64,000 bases of DNA from Nitrososphaeria archaeon (GCA_963760525.1 CAVXDT010000010.1:8098-72097); one strand, 5' to 3'. Shown: positions 18,655 through 27,953, numbered from the stretch's first letter. Notes: generated by a model not told the origin, from the letters alone. Numbers and translations are program-made.

Positions 18655-19704
18655 ATGTTTGATTTGTTTCTTGGAAGTCTAGCGAGAATTCCTAAACTTG
18701 AATCACGTTCAATTTCAGCAGAGAACATGCAAGGAGAAAAAGGTAAAGGTGGAATCGCGTCGAGTTCGCTTGGCGTTGGTCGCAAAGGAAGCCCTTGTAT
18801 ACGACTAAAGGCAAATGAAACTAGAACATTAGCTGAGATAAGAGGACCAGGATGTATTAGGCATATATGGATAGGGTTTAGAGAGGATTTAAGATTCCTC
18901 AGAGGAGCCCTTATTCGCATCTATTGGGATAACTTGCCATATCCCAGTGTTGAGTGCCCAATTGGCGACTTCTTCGGCGTTTCTCATGGAAGATGCGCAC
19001 CATACGCTTCTCTACTTACTGCGATGGTTGAAGGGCGAGGATATAACACTTGGATACCAATGCCATTCAATTCAGCTCGAGTCGAAATAGCATACGAGAC
19101 AGTCATAGACACAAGAACAGATAACAGACTCTTCTATCAGATCGATTACACTCTAGGTGACGAAGTCGATAACGTTGGAAGGCTCTGCTGCACTTTTAGA
19201 AGAGAAAATCCAACAACCATTGGTAAAGACTTCACTATCCTAGAAAGAGTCGAGGGAGAAGGTCGTTTTCTCGGAGATGTTGCCGGGGTCAGGACGATGG
19301 GAAGGGAATGGTGGGGTGAAGGAGAAATCAAGGTCTACTTGGATGGTGACAAAGAATTCCCAACCATATGCGGTACAGGAACTGAAGACTACATCTTATC
19401 CGCTTGGGGGGTTGGACAACATGCAAACCTATATCAAGGATGCCCACTTCATAGAAAAGACTTGATATCATTCTATAGATGGCACATTCTAGATCCCATT
19501 TACTTCCATAAAGACATCAAGATCACAATCCAGCAAATAGGTTTCCGTTACAGCGATCGAACATTGTTTGAGAGAAGTGATGACTGGTCTGTAGCAGCAT
19601 TCTACTACGTTCTACAACCTAAAGAGCTGCCAAAGATCCCTAGCGTCGAAGAAAGAATAGCAGACATCACTGAACAAAGAGAAAGTGTTCCCGCACCTTT
19701 GTGA
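18655..19704 (+). CDS. DUF2961 / glycoside hydrolase family 172-like protein
   Basis: ORF 18643..19704 with a probable ATG at 18655. SISAENMQGEKGKGG and GEGEIKVYLDGDKEFPTICGTGTEDY match my recollection of DUF2961 signatures. Confidence 0.65.
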   Translation: MFDLFLGSLARIPKLESRSISAENMQGEKGKGGIASSSLGVGRKGSPCIRLKANETRTLAEIRGPGCIRHIWIGFREDLRFLRGALIRIYWDNLPYPSVECPIGDFFGVSHGRCAPYASLLTAMVEGRGYNTWIPMPFNSARVEIAYETVIDTRTDNRLFYQIDYTLGDEVDNVGRLCCTFRRENPTTIGKDFTILERVEGEGRFLGDVAGVRTMGREWWGEGEIKVYLDGDKEFPTICGTGTEDYILSAWGVGQHANLYQGCPLHRKDLISFYRWHILDPIYFHKDIKITIQQIGFRYSDRTLFERSDDWSVAAFYYVLQPKELPKIPSVEERIADITEQRESVPAPL

Positions 19705-19833
19705 TATGGCTTCTTCTTTATCTAATAATATTCCAACTGTTTTACCTTATGTTGTCTGCAAATGAATAGAGAAAAGAGCATGTACGTCCAATTTCTTTCA
19801 AAGTTTTAATAAAACAAAAACTGAACTCAAATT

Positions 19834-20910
19834 ATGGACTATCACGAAATAGAGACTCCGGCCTTAATCTTGGAAGCAGACGTCATGGGACATAATATGA
19901 AAGTCATGAGAGAATGGTTGTATGGAAAGAATGTCAGGTTAAGGCCTCATTTTAAGACACCTAAGACACCTATTATTGCATGGCAACAAATACGAAATGG
20001 CGCCTTGGGTGTCTGCGCTCAAAAGCTTGGCGAAACCGAGGTGCTGGTTAATGCTGGAATTGAAGATATACTGCTTACTAATCAGATCGTAGATGAGAAT
20101 AAGATATTGAAGCTGGTAAATATGCGCAAGTATTCGGATATCAAGGTGGTTGTCGATAATGTTGCGAACATAAGAGATCTATCTAAACATGCGTCAAGGA
20201 AGAAAGTCGAAATTGGAGTTCTTGTTGAGATTAACGTGGGAATGAACAGATGCGGCATCGATGATCCTAGGGAAGCTCTTAGTGTTGCCAAGACTGTAAA
20301 CGAAAGTGAAGGTCTAGTTTTCAAAGGTTTGCAATGCTATTCAGGACATTTACAGATGGCTGACTTGAAGATTGGACGAGAAAAAAAGATAGAAGGATGT
20401 AAAAAGGTCTGCCAGAAGATAAACGAAACTAGAGAACTTTTTGACAATGAAGGCCTTCACCCTGAAATCATTTCTGGTGCGGGCACGGGAACTTACAAAT
20501 ACGAATATGAAGTATTAGATGAAATTCAAGCAGGATCCTATATTTTTATGGATGTTGGTTACAATAAGGTTGCGCCAGAATTTAGCATTTCTTTAACGTT
20601 GCTCGCAACAGTAATTAGTACACCTTCGAAGAATAGAGCGATAATAGATGCTGGGCTAAAAGCGATTTCCACCGACAACGGCATGCCAGTATTGAAGGAC
20701 ATTAAAGGCGTTGAATGTCTAATAAGTTCAGAGGAACACGGAGTTCTTATAGTAAATGATCAATCTACGCAGTTCAATATAGGAGATAAAGTCGAACTCT
20801 ATCCGAGCCATTGCGATACAACAGTAAATCTACATGATGCATACAACGTTGTCAGAGACGGTGAACTTGAAGCCGTATGGCCAATAAGCGCACGAGGACA
20901 ATTTTATTGA
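19834..20910 (+). CDS. D-serine dehydratase-like / D-threonine aldolase family PLP enzyme (alanine racemase N-terminal fold)
   Basis: 358 aa. It has the PLP-lysine motif LRPHFKTPKT and a C-terminal ELYPSHCDTTVNLHD typical of the DSD1/D-TA family. Confidence 0.75.
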   Translation: MDYHEIETPALILEADVMGHNMKVMREWLYGKNVRLRPHFKTPKTPIIAWQQIRNGALGVCAQKLGETEVLVNAGIEDILLTNQIVDENKILKLVNMRKYSDIKVVVDNVANIRDLSKHASRKKVEIGVLVEINVGMNRCGIDDPREALSVAKTVNESEGLVFKGLQCYSGHLQMADLKIGREKKIEGCKKVCQKINETRELFDNEGLHPEIISGAGTGTYKYEYEVLDEIQAGSYIFMDVGYNKVAPEFSISLTLLATVISTPSKNRAIIDAGLKAISTDNGMPVLKDIKGVECLISSEEHGVLIVNDQSTQFNIGDKVELYPSHCDTTVNLHDAYNVVRDGELEAVWPISARGQFY

Positions 20911-21348
20911 GCCAAAGTTTTTTTCCATGATCTCGACGCAGCTTCGAAAATACTGATTTCTAAGCATCATTGCTGTACGATTTTCCATAATCTCCACACG
21001 ACAGTTTTATGATTCATTTGTACCTCTTGTGCGCCATATCTGACACGGATACCCTCGTTTGCGGAGTATCTTGCTACGAAAAGCTGTCCACTTATGCTTC
21101 AATCTGCCTTAGCTTATACCAAAAGATTCAGCAAATTTCTCTAACGCTCTGAGCCCTCTTTCTTCCCTATCTTTTTCCAGAACCTCTTCAGATTCAATGG
21201 AAATCTGAATACAATCAGAGCAATTCTTACGGGAGCCTTCTATCCCATTCGTTATATCTGATGGGAGTATCATTCCTTGTTGAATATCTTGTTTCTGAGT
21301 TTCTTTGTGCGTTATAAGAAACTGTCTCCACTTATGTTTCAATCGACC

Positions 21349-22377
21349 TTACCTGATTTCCTGTCTGGTGAATAGCATATATGAGGCGATGAAAGCGATG
21401 ATCATCACCAATACAAGCACTAGGATGTTTGGCCAAGCAGAAGATAGACTCTCCGTGACCGAAACACTTCTTACACTGGAAGAGGAAGAAGAAGTGGTAG
21501 TTGTGGTAGTTGTTCTAGTAGAATTCCCCCCGGCAAACCCTCCTGGAGGCACTCCACCAGGCCCACCAATCCCTCCTCCGGTTCTACCTATATTTACAGA
21601 ATATTCTAAAATGTACTGCGCTATTTTACTGAAATGGTAGTTTGGTGTAAAACTATTTATTGTTTCTTCGATTGCAGTACGTTTAGTATATAATGCTATG
21701 AGTTCTGAGTTTCCAGTTCTGGTTATGTTCTGTCCTGGTTGGAAGCTTATGGGCACCATGCTTGTTGCGACAAGAGAAGCAATGATAGATATTATGAACG
21801 CTGAGATGATCCAGATTACAACACCAACGATCACGCTTGTTGTAGTTCTCTTTGAAACTGTGGATAAGAAGATGGCTATGCCATAGAATGTCATAGCGAA
21901 GATGATGGAGAACAACATGAAGAGCGTGAGCCTTGCGACATCATCGCCTGTTGGGGTTATCCCTAGAGCTATCACGGAGACTGCAATGTTTGAGATGGTT
22001 GCTATTAGTGTTGCTAAAGAGATGGCGAGAAAGGCAGAAAGAAATTTCCCATTTATTATTGTGTCTCGGAATACAGGTTGGGCTAGGGTTAATTTAAGTG
22101 TGCCTTTTTCCTTCTCGCCAGATATCGCATCAACACCAAGGGCTAGACCCAAGATTGGGGCGAAGTATGACATCATAGTACCCAAGCTATTTGCGACTCT
22201 GCTGAGAAACGAGCGGGGCATGCCAGCTTGTGCTGCCGTGTTTTGTGCATTCGAAAGATAGACTGTTGCTACAGCAGCACCCATTACTAAAGCAAACACT
22301 GCCACAAGTAAGATGAACCTTCTGCCTTTCACTATGTCTGAGAATTCCTTAGATGCAATAGTAAACGTATTAGCCAT
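21349..22377 (-). CDS. ABC-2 (NosY-like) exporter permease with G/P-rich and T7S6 low-complexity loop before last TM
   Basis: 342 aa with six or more TM segments. The N-terminus MANTFTIASKEFSDIVKGRRF is typical of ABC-2 permeases. There is an 8-nt overlap with the upstream ATPase gene. Confidence 0.8.
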   Translation of the reverse strand: MANTFTIASKEFSDIVKGRRFILLVAVFALVMGAAVATVYLSNAQNTAAQAGMPRSFLSRVANSLGTMMSYFAPILGLALGVDAISGEKEKGTLKLTLAQPVFRDTIINGKFLSAFLAISLATLIATISNIAVSVIALGITPTGDDVARLTLFMLFSIIFAMTFYGIAIFLSTVSKRTTTSVIVGVVIWIISAFIISIIASLVATSMVPISFQPGQNITRTGNSELIALYTKRTAIEETINSFTPNYHFSKIAQYILEYSVNIGRTGGGIGGPGGVPPGGFAGGNSTRTTTTTTTSSSSSSVRSVSVTESLSSAWPNILVLVLVMIIAFIASYMLFTRQEIR

Positions 22378-23326
22378 ATATTATCCCCTCTCTATTATAG
22401 TATTTAATAAATAGATCTTCGAGGGATGGCTCCAGTAGGTCGAGTGTAAGGATTTCAATCCCATGTATTGGTGCTAGTTTACCGATTTCTATTCTGATAT
22501 CGCTGGTGGCGCGAACAATGAGAACCTTTCCTTCTAACTTGACTTCCTTTACACCATTTAGTTCTGCTAGACTATTAGCGAATAGTCCCAAGTTCCCTGT
22601 TCCCTCAATCTTGATCCTATATCCTTCTTCAGTCATAAGTTTTTCAATAAGCTCCTTGACGTTTCCCTGTGCAACAAACTTACCATGGTTAATTATGCCA
22701 ACTTCTTTGCAGAGAGGCCCCACTTCAAAAAGTAGGTGAGTGCTAAGCATTACAGTTTTTCCCTCATTACTGAGTTTAATAACCAAGTCCTTAAAGGCTC
22801 TTGCTCCTTCAGGATCTACACCAGCTGTTGGCTCATCGAATATAAGAAATTCTGGGTTCTTTATAAAAGCTTGAGCTATACCTAACCTCTGCTTCATTCC
22901 TCTTGAGAAGCCACTATACTTTCTGTCTTTAACTTCATGTAAACCCACAGTTGTCAAAGCTTCGCTTACCCGCTTTTCTCTTTCTTCTTTAGGAATATCA
23001 TTTAATGCTGCAATATAGCGGAGATTTTGCTGGGCTGTCAGGTTGTCGTAGAAACCGAAGCCTTCAGGCAAGAGACCAATCTTTTTCCGAATCTGTATAG
23101 ACTCTTTCATAATATCATATCCGAGAACCTTTGCAGTGCCACTTGTTGGCAATGTTAGACCAGACATCATCATTATGAGAGTTGTCTTACCTGCTCCGTT
23201 AGGTCCCAATAAACCAAATACGGAGCCTTTTTCAATGGTTAGGTTTATATGATCCACAGCTAACACAGTGTCTTTCTCAGACTTGTATGACTTGGTTAGA
23301 TCATTAGTTTCAAGAGCGTATTCCAA
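22370..23326 (-). CDS. ABC transporter ATP-binding protein (ABC-2 exporter type)
   Basis: 318 aa with Walker A GPNGAGKTT, signature FSRGMKQRLGIA and Walker B FLIFDEPTAGVD. Confidence 0.9.
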   Translation of the reverse strand: MEYALETNDLTKSYKSEKDTVLAVDHINLTIEKGSVFGLLGPNGAGKTTLIMMMSGLTLPTSGTAKVLGYDIMKESIQIRKKIGLLPEGFGFYDNLTAQQNLRYIAALNDIPKEEREKRVSEALTTVGLHEVKDRKYSGFSRGMKQRLGIAQAFIKNPEFLIFDEPTAGVDPEGARAFKDLVIKLSNEGKTVMLSTHLLFEVGPLCKEVGIINHGKFVAQGNVKELIEKLMTEEGYRIKIEGTGNLGLFANSLAELNGVKEVKLEGKVLIVRATSDIRIEIGKLAPIHGIEILTLDLLEPSLEDLFIKYYNREGIIYG

Positions 23327-23332
23327 TCATAT

Positions 23333-26300
23333 TCACCTTCTTCCAAACCTCCTATAAATAAAGAATAGCCCCACGACTGCTAATATAATGAGTATTACTG
23401 CATATATGATCCAGTTCGTTGTTTGGAGAACTTCAACCCTTAACGTGACGACTTGGGATGTGGTTTGATCAGATGATATGGTGAAGTCGATATAATAGTT
23501 GCCAGCATTGACACTTGGGTCTGTCTGGGCTGTGATGGTGAAGGTGGACTCCTGATTTGTTTCTAATGAGGATGTGGATGTAGGGTTAACGCTTACAGTG
23601 AAACCATCTGGTGCTGTTCCTGCGACAACCTTCGCATTTGTGATCTCTCTGCTTCCGTCATTCAGGATGGTCAAGGAGAATGTTCCTTGACTACCAACAT
23701 TCAAAGAGGTGTAGAAGTTCTGGTTGGTTATTGTGACTTCGTATTTGCCTACGATGTTAAGGGTTAGATCTATTGTTTCATTTAATTCAGCATTGAATGC
23801 TGAGGTAGAGAACGCTTGGGGTCCTAATTCCACCTTTGTGGGTGTTGAGACAATCATATAGAATTGTTTTGACTGACTTGCCTGCACGTAGACCTTAGTG
23901 ATCTCTTGTTCCGTAGTGTCTTCGAACCAAACCTTAAAGTCTTTTGTTAGTCCTACAGTTGTAAGGTTAAGAAGTTCATCATAACCACCTAAATCAGAAA
24001 GTTTGAGCGTGAACTTTGCTTGGGAGCCTCCGTACACATCTTCATAAGGTGGGATGGCTTCTAATCCGATACTCGCGGTGTGTCTTTGTATAACTAGAAG
24101 CAATGGTAGATCCTCAGACAGCCATGTGGACTTTGCTGTGAAGACTAAATCATATTTTCCTTCGCTGACACTTAATGGTGTGGAGACTGCAATGACAAGA
24201 TCTACAGACCCGCTTCCTTCCAACGTCACTTCTGACACCGTTTCACCTTGGGTGTTCATAATGGACACAATCCAATCTTTCTGGATTGAGTCAACCGAAA
24301 CGCTGAAAAGCTGTTTGACATCTGTTGGGTTCATCACATTAACTTTGAATTGAACGGTTTCGCCAGGTGCAGCAGACTTCCCAGGAAACTGGCAGGATAT
24401 TACTGTCTTAGTTGAAGGCTGGACCTTTATCATAAAATCTAGTGATGAATTTATTTTTCCGATAGCTGTTAGAGTTAAGTTATAGTTCAAGAGAGCCGTT
24501 GATGGAACCATGACTTCCAACGTAAGCGACAAACTCTGCCCAGACGCCAACGCAGCCTTTAAAACCTCTTGGTCATCCTGACCGAGAATTCGCGTAGACC
24601 ACCCTCCAGGATTGGATACCAAAAACACTATGGTTTCTGACACTCCGCCAATATTGCTCACCATGAATGGAATCAGCAGCTTACTGCCAGGACTTGCAAC
24701 CACACTCAAGACCGAGGAAGACAACTTGACAGCTTTAGCCAACACTATTTCCCCAACATCGACATTCACATCTTTCAAGACAACATTCTTAGCGACTTCA
24801 ACATATCCCTCCCTCGAAAAGTGGACGGAGACCGTGGTGGAAGTCGGCAATTCAATTGAGAAGGCTCCATTGGGAGATGTGTCTGAACTCCCAATAAGAA
24901 CCCCATCAGAAGAATACACTTCGATACCAACTTCCTCCATCCTCTTGCCATATTCATCCACAACGTTACCGGAAAATGTGATAGCAGGCTGGGAACGAGT
25001 GACTATCGTAAAAACCAATGACGAATTAGTAGCCGTTCCAATAACCGTTAATGGGATATTATAATCCATATCCAAGAGAGCCGTTGATGGAACCATGACT
25101 TCCAACGTAAGCGACAAACTCTGCCCAGACGCCAACGCAGCCTTTAAAACCTCTTGGTCATCCTGACCGAGAATTCGCGTAGACCACCCTCCAGGATTGG
25201 ATACCAAAAACACTATGGTTTCTGACACTCCGCCAATATTGCTCACCATGAATGGAATCAGCAGCTTACTGCCAGGACTTGCAACCACACTCAAGACCGA
25301 GGAAGACAACTTGACAGCTTTAGCCAACACTATTTCCCCAACATCGACATTCACATCTTTCAAGACAACATTCTTAGCGACTTCAACATATCCCTCCCTC
25401 GAAAAGTGGACGGAGACCGTGGTGGAAGTCGGCAATTCAATTGAGAAGGCTCCATTGGGAGATGTGTCTGAACTCCCAATAAGAACCCCATCAGAAGAAT
25501 ACACTTCGATACCAACTTCCTCCATCCTCTTGCCATATTCATCTAAGACCCTGCCTGAGAAGGTAATCGTGGGTATGGAACGAGTGACTATCGTAAAAAC
25601 CAATGACGAATTAGTAGCCGTTCCAATAACCGTTAATGAAATATTGTAACCTAGGTTCAAGACAGCTGTTAATGGAACCGAAACCTCCAACTTAAGCGAC
25701 AAACTCTGCCCAGGCGACAACGCAGACTTTGAAACCTCATAGTTCTGGTCCATAACACTTACAGACCAAGTTTGAGGCTTCGAAACTTGATACTGCACAA
25801 CTTCGGATCCTTCACCAAGATTGCTCACCGTAAACGGAATGCTGATTTCGTCCCCAGGAGCAGCTAACAAGCTTAAGGTTGAAGCTGAAAGCTTCAAAGC
25901 CTTACTCAAAACTATGGAACGAGTGACTATCGTAAAAACCAATGACGAATTAGTAGCCGTTCCAATAACCGTTAATGAAATATTGTAACCTAGGTTCAAG
26001 ACAGCTGTTAATGGAACCGAAACCTCCAACTTAAGCGACAAACTCTGCCCAGGCGACAACGCAGACTTTGAAACCTCATAGTTCTGGTCCATAACACTTA
26101 CAGACCAAGTTTGAGGCTTCGAAACTTGATACTGCACAACTTCGGATCCTTCACCAAGATTGCTCACCGTAAACGGAATGCTGATTTCGTCCCCAGGAGC
26201 AGCTAACAAGCTTAAGGTTGAAGCTGAAAGCTTCAAAGCCTTACTCAAAACTATGGTACCCAAATTAGTGAGTATGTCCTGCACGTTGATGTTCTTAACA

Positions 26301-26578
26301 GTTTTAGAGTATCCAGTCTTAGTAAAGTAGAAGCTGACTGTTCCGTATTCGACAAACATATTAAATGATCCATTTGAATCTGTAGAGGTTGTAGCAATAA
26401 GAGTTCCACCAGCGTTGTATACACTTACTTTGACATTGCTAAGCTCCACACCTTCTTCGTCCACAACTACACCATAAGTTGCAGCGTATTGAGCCGCGAA
26501 TGAGGATGGCAAAAAGGATATGGAAACTGCCATAATCACCAAAATCAAAGTCAAGCTTCCGTTTACTTTCTTAATCAT
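23333..26578 (-). CDS. large cell-surface protein: signal peptide, CarboxypepD_reg-like and NEW3/CARDB-like (COG1470-type) modules, C-terminal TM anchor
   Basis: 1081 aa with a signal peptide. It has repeated modules, VVDEEGVELSNVKVSVYN...SNGSF (carboxypeptidase-regulatory-like) and APGDEISIPFTVSNLGEGSE (CARDB/NEW3-like). The C-terminus is WIIYAVILIILAVVGLFFIYRRFGRR. It ends 6 nt upstream of the ABC ATPase gene. Confidence 0.85.
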   Translation of the reverse strand: MIKKVNGSLTLILVIMAVSISFLPSSFAAQYAATYGVVVDEEGVELSNVKVSVYNAGGTLIATTSTDSNGSFNMFVEYGTVSFYFTKTGYSKTVKNINVQDILTNLGTIVLSKALKLSASTLSLLAAPGDEISIPFTVSNLGEGSEVVQYQVSKPQTWSVSVMDQNYEVSKSALSPGQSLSLKLEVSVPLTAVLNLGYNISLTVIGTATNSSLVFTIVTRSIVLSKALKLSASTLSLLAAPGDEISIPFTVSNLGEGSEVVQYQVSKPQTWSVSVMDQNYEVSKSALSPGQSLSLKLEVSVPLTAVLNLGYNISLTVIGTATNSSLVFTIVTRSIPTITFSGRVLDEYGKRMEEVGIEVYSSDGVLIGSSDTSPNGAFSIELPTSTTVSVHFSREGYVEVAKNVVLKDVNVDVGEIVLAKAVKLSSSVLSVVASPGSKLLIPFMVSNIGGVSETIVFLVSNPGGWSTRILGQDDQEVLKAALASGQSLSLTLEVMVPSTALLDMDYNIPLTVIGTATNSSLVFTIVTRSQPAITFSGNVVDEYGKRMEEVGIEVYSSDGVLIGSSDTSPNGAFSIELPTSTTVSVHFSREGYVEVAKNVVLKDVNVDVGEIVLAKAVKLSSSVLSVVASPGSKLLIPFMVSNIGGVSETIVFLVSNPGGWSTRILGQDDQEVLKAALASGQSLSLTLEVMVPSTALLNYNLTLTAIGKINSSLDFMIKVQPSTKTVISCQFPGKSAAPGETVQFKVNVMNPTDVKQLFSVSVDSIQKDWIVSIMNTQGETVSEVTLEGSGSVDLVIAVSTPLSVSEGKYDLVFTAKSTWLSEDLPLLLVIQRHTASIGLEAIPPYEDVYGGSQAKFTLKLSDLGGYDELLNLTTVGLTKDFKVWFEDTTEQEITKVYVQASQSKQFYMIVSTPTKVELGPQAFSTSAFNAELNETIDLTLNIVGKYEVTITNQNFYTSLNVGSQGTFSLTILNDGSREITNAKVVAGTAPDGFTVSVNPTSTSSLETNQESTFTITAQTDPSVNAGNYYIDFTISSDQTTSQVVTLRVEVLQTTNWIIYAVILIILAVVGLFFIYRRFGRR
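24488..25657. repeat. tandem 585-bp (195-codon) duplication inside the surface-protein gene
   Basis: Copy 1 (24488-25072) and copy 2 (25073-25657) look identical by eye for about 470 bp. They then differ in a ~40-bp patch (24957-24995 vs 25542-25580), are identical again for ~60 bp, and diverge at the end. Confidence 0.9.
25575..26252. repeat. perfect tandem 339-bp (113-codon) duplication inside the surface-protein gene
   Basis: 25575-25913 and 25914-26252 read identically base for base by eye. The unit starts with the same ~75 bp that also ends each 585-bp unit. Confidence 0.9.
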
Positions 26579-26865
26579 TTTCTATCTGGTATTGTTCGCT
26601 TTGAGACATGTTATATAACTATTTTTCAGAATTAAGCCAAAATTCATTCCAATTTGAAAATGCGAGGACTTCAATACTCGACCTTCGAGGTAAAAGACAG
26701 CACTCTAACTATATTTGGGCATGATGCTTACAGTTGTTGACGATCAAGTTATTCTCTTGGAAATATGCTCAAAATAGAAGGATGTCTTATCGAGAAGTGA
26801 CAAAAAGTAGCAAAAGTGATAATAACATTTTAATAAGGTAAGATATTATCAATTCAAAATGGGAG

Positions 26866-27277
26866 ATGTATAGAATGGAATTAACTTTGGAAGAAGCAAA
26901 AAAGATCGTACAAGATGCAGAAGCTAAAGCAAAAGAGATAAGCGTCATGATGAACATCGCAGTTGTAGATATCGGCGGAAACCTAATCGCATTTGAGAGG
27001 ATGGACAAGGCCTGGCTAGGAAGCATAAACATAGCCATAAACAAAAGCGTTCACAGCAGTTGCGTTCAATATGACGACCGAGGATTTAGGCAAAGAATCT
27101 CAAGCAGGCAAATCACTCTTTGGAATACACGCAACAAACAACGGCAGACTGGTAATATTCGGCGGCGGCATTCCTCTAAAGAAGAAAGGTGAACTTGTAG
27201 GCGCAATCGGCGTCAGCGGAGGAGCTGTACCCCAAGACATAGAAGTCGCCAAAGCAGGCATTAAAAACTTCAAGTAG
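26866..27277 (+). pseudogene. GlcG/HbpS-like (DUF336) heme/corrinoid-binding family protein, one frameshift at an A4 run
   Basis: ORFs 26866..27192 and 27071..27277 join as ...INIAINK|AFTAVAFNMTTEDLGK...GGGIPL...GAIGVSGG. The junction is at the A-run 27043-27046. Confidence 0.7.
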
Positions 27278-27396
27278 GCAAACAACCCTACTTTCCTTTT
27301 TTTCGGTAATTTTGGACAAAAGACCAGATTTTTATGGTCTCTGAATCACCTCTTGTGATTATAATGATATAAAGGGCTGAGGATTATTCAAAAAAA

Positions 27397-27864
27397 ATGC
27401 CCCATCTGATTATTGAGAAGTTGCATACTCAGTACTTGCAAGGGACAGAACCTGACATTTTAGGAATTCCCAGATGCTACACTTTGACCCATTCTGATTC
27501 GACAGGTGATTTATTCTTGACAATAGGACCCAACTACGATCGACAACAGATTTCAGGTTGGTACACACGTTTGATGAGAGATGAAGTACTTGCTGAATGG
27601 AAACTCGACTCAGATAAGCTAACACTAGATGTATTCTGCCACATCAGCGGAGGTTTAGTTTTTGGCAGAGCTGGATGGAGGAATACAATTTTTCGAAATG
27701 AGCTACCATTGGTCCTTGAAACTTTCAGATATGGGGACAAAACACTATATGACAATGATCCTAAACTGGACAAATCGCCTATTATCATATACTTTCAATC
27801 ATCAAACAAAAAGTACAACAAAATCGAAAAATGGGGAATTCCAGCTGACTACAAGATTTCCTAA
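27397..27864 (+). CDS. STAY-GREEN (SGR) family protein, Mg-dechelatase homolog
   Basis: 155 aa. PRCYTLTHSD, GWYTRLMRDEVLAEWK, CHISGG, IFRNELPLVLETFRYGD and YFQSSNKKYNKIEKWG are colinear with the conserved core of plant SGR/NYE1 as I remember it. Confidence 0.8.
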   Translation: MPHLIIEKLHTQYLQGTEPDILGIPRCYTLTHSDSTGDLFLTIGPNYDRQQISGWYTRLMRDEVLAEWKLDSDKLTLDVFCHISGGLVFGRAGWRNTIFRNELPLVLETFRYGDKTLYDNDPKLDKSPIIIYFQSSNKKYNKIEKWGIPADYKIS

Positions 27865-27953
27865 GATAGCCTGTCTACTTTAGAATGATCAAACCAGGAA
27901 CTATTGTTTCAAACTAAGTTTTATATACAAACCGTTTAATTTAGAGATACGTA

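Noticed and set aside
18306-18920. 204-aa minus-strand ORF
   Set aside because: It overlaps the 3' end of the SBBP gene and the 5' part of the DUF2961 gene on the opposite strand, has no motif, and spans a spacer containing a T-run.
24612-25649. Two nearly identical 150-aa plus-strand ORFs (24612-25064 and 25197-25649)
   Set aside because: They are antisense images of the 585-bp tandem duplication inside the surface-protein gene. Their duplication reflects the DNA repeat, not separate genes.
24488-26252. Possible CRISPR array or satellite, because of the regular long repeats
   Set aside because: The units are 339 and 585 bp with no short repeat-spacer periodicity. They lie in frame within a continuous 1081-aa ORF and encode whole protein domains.
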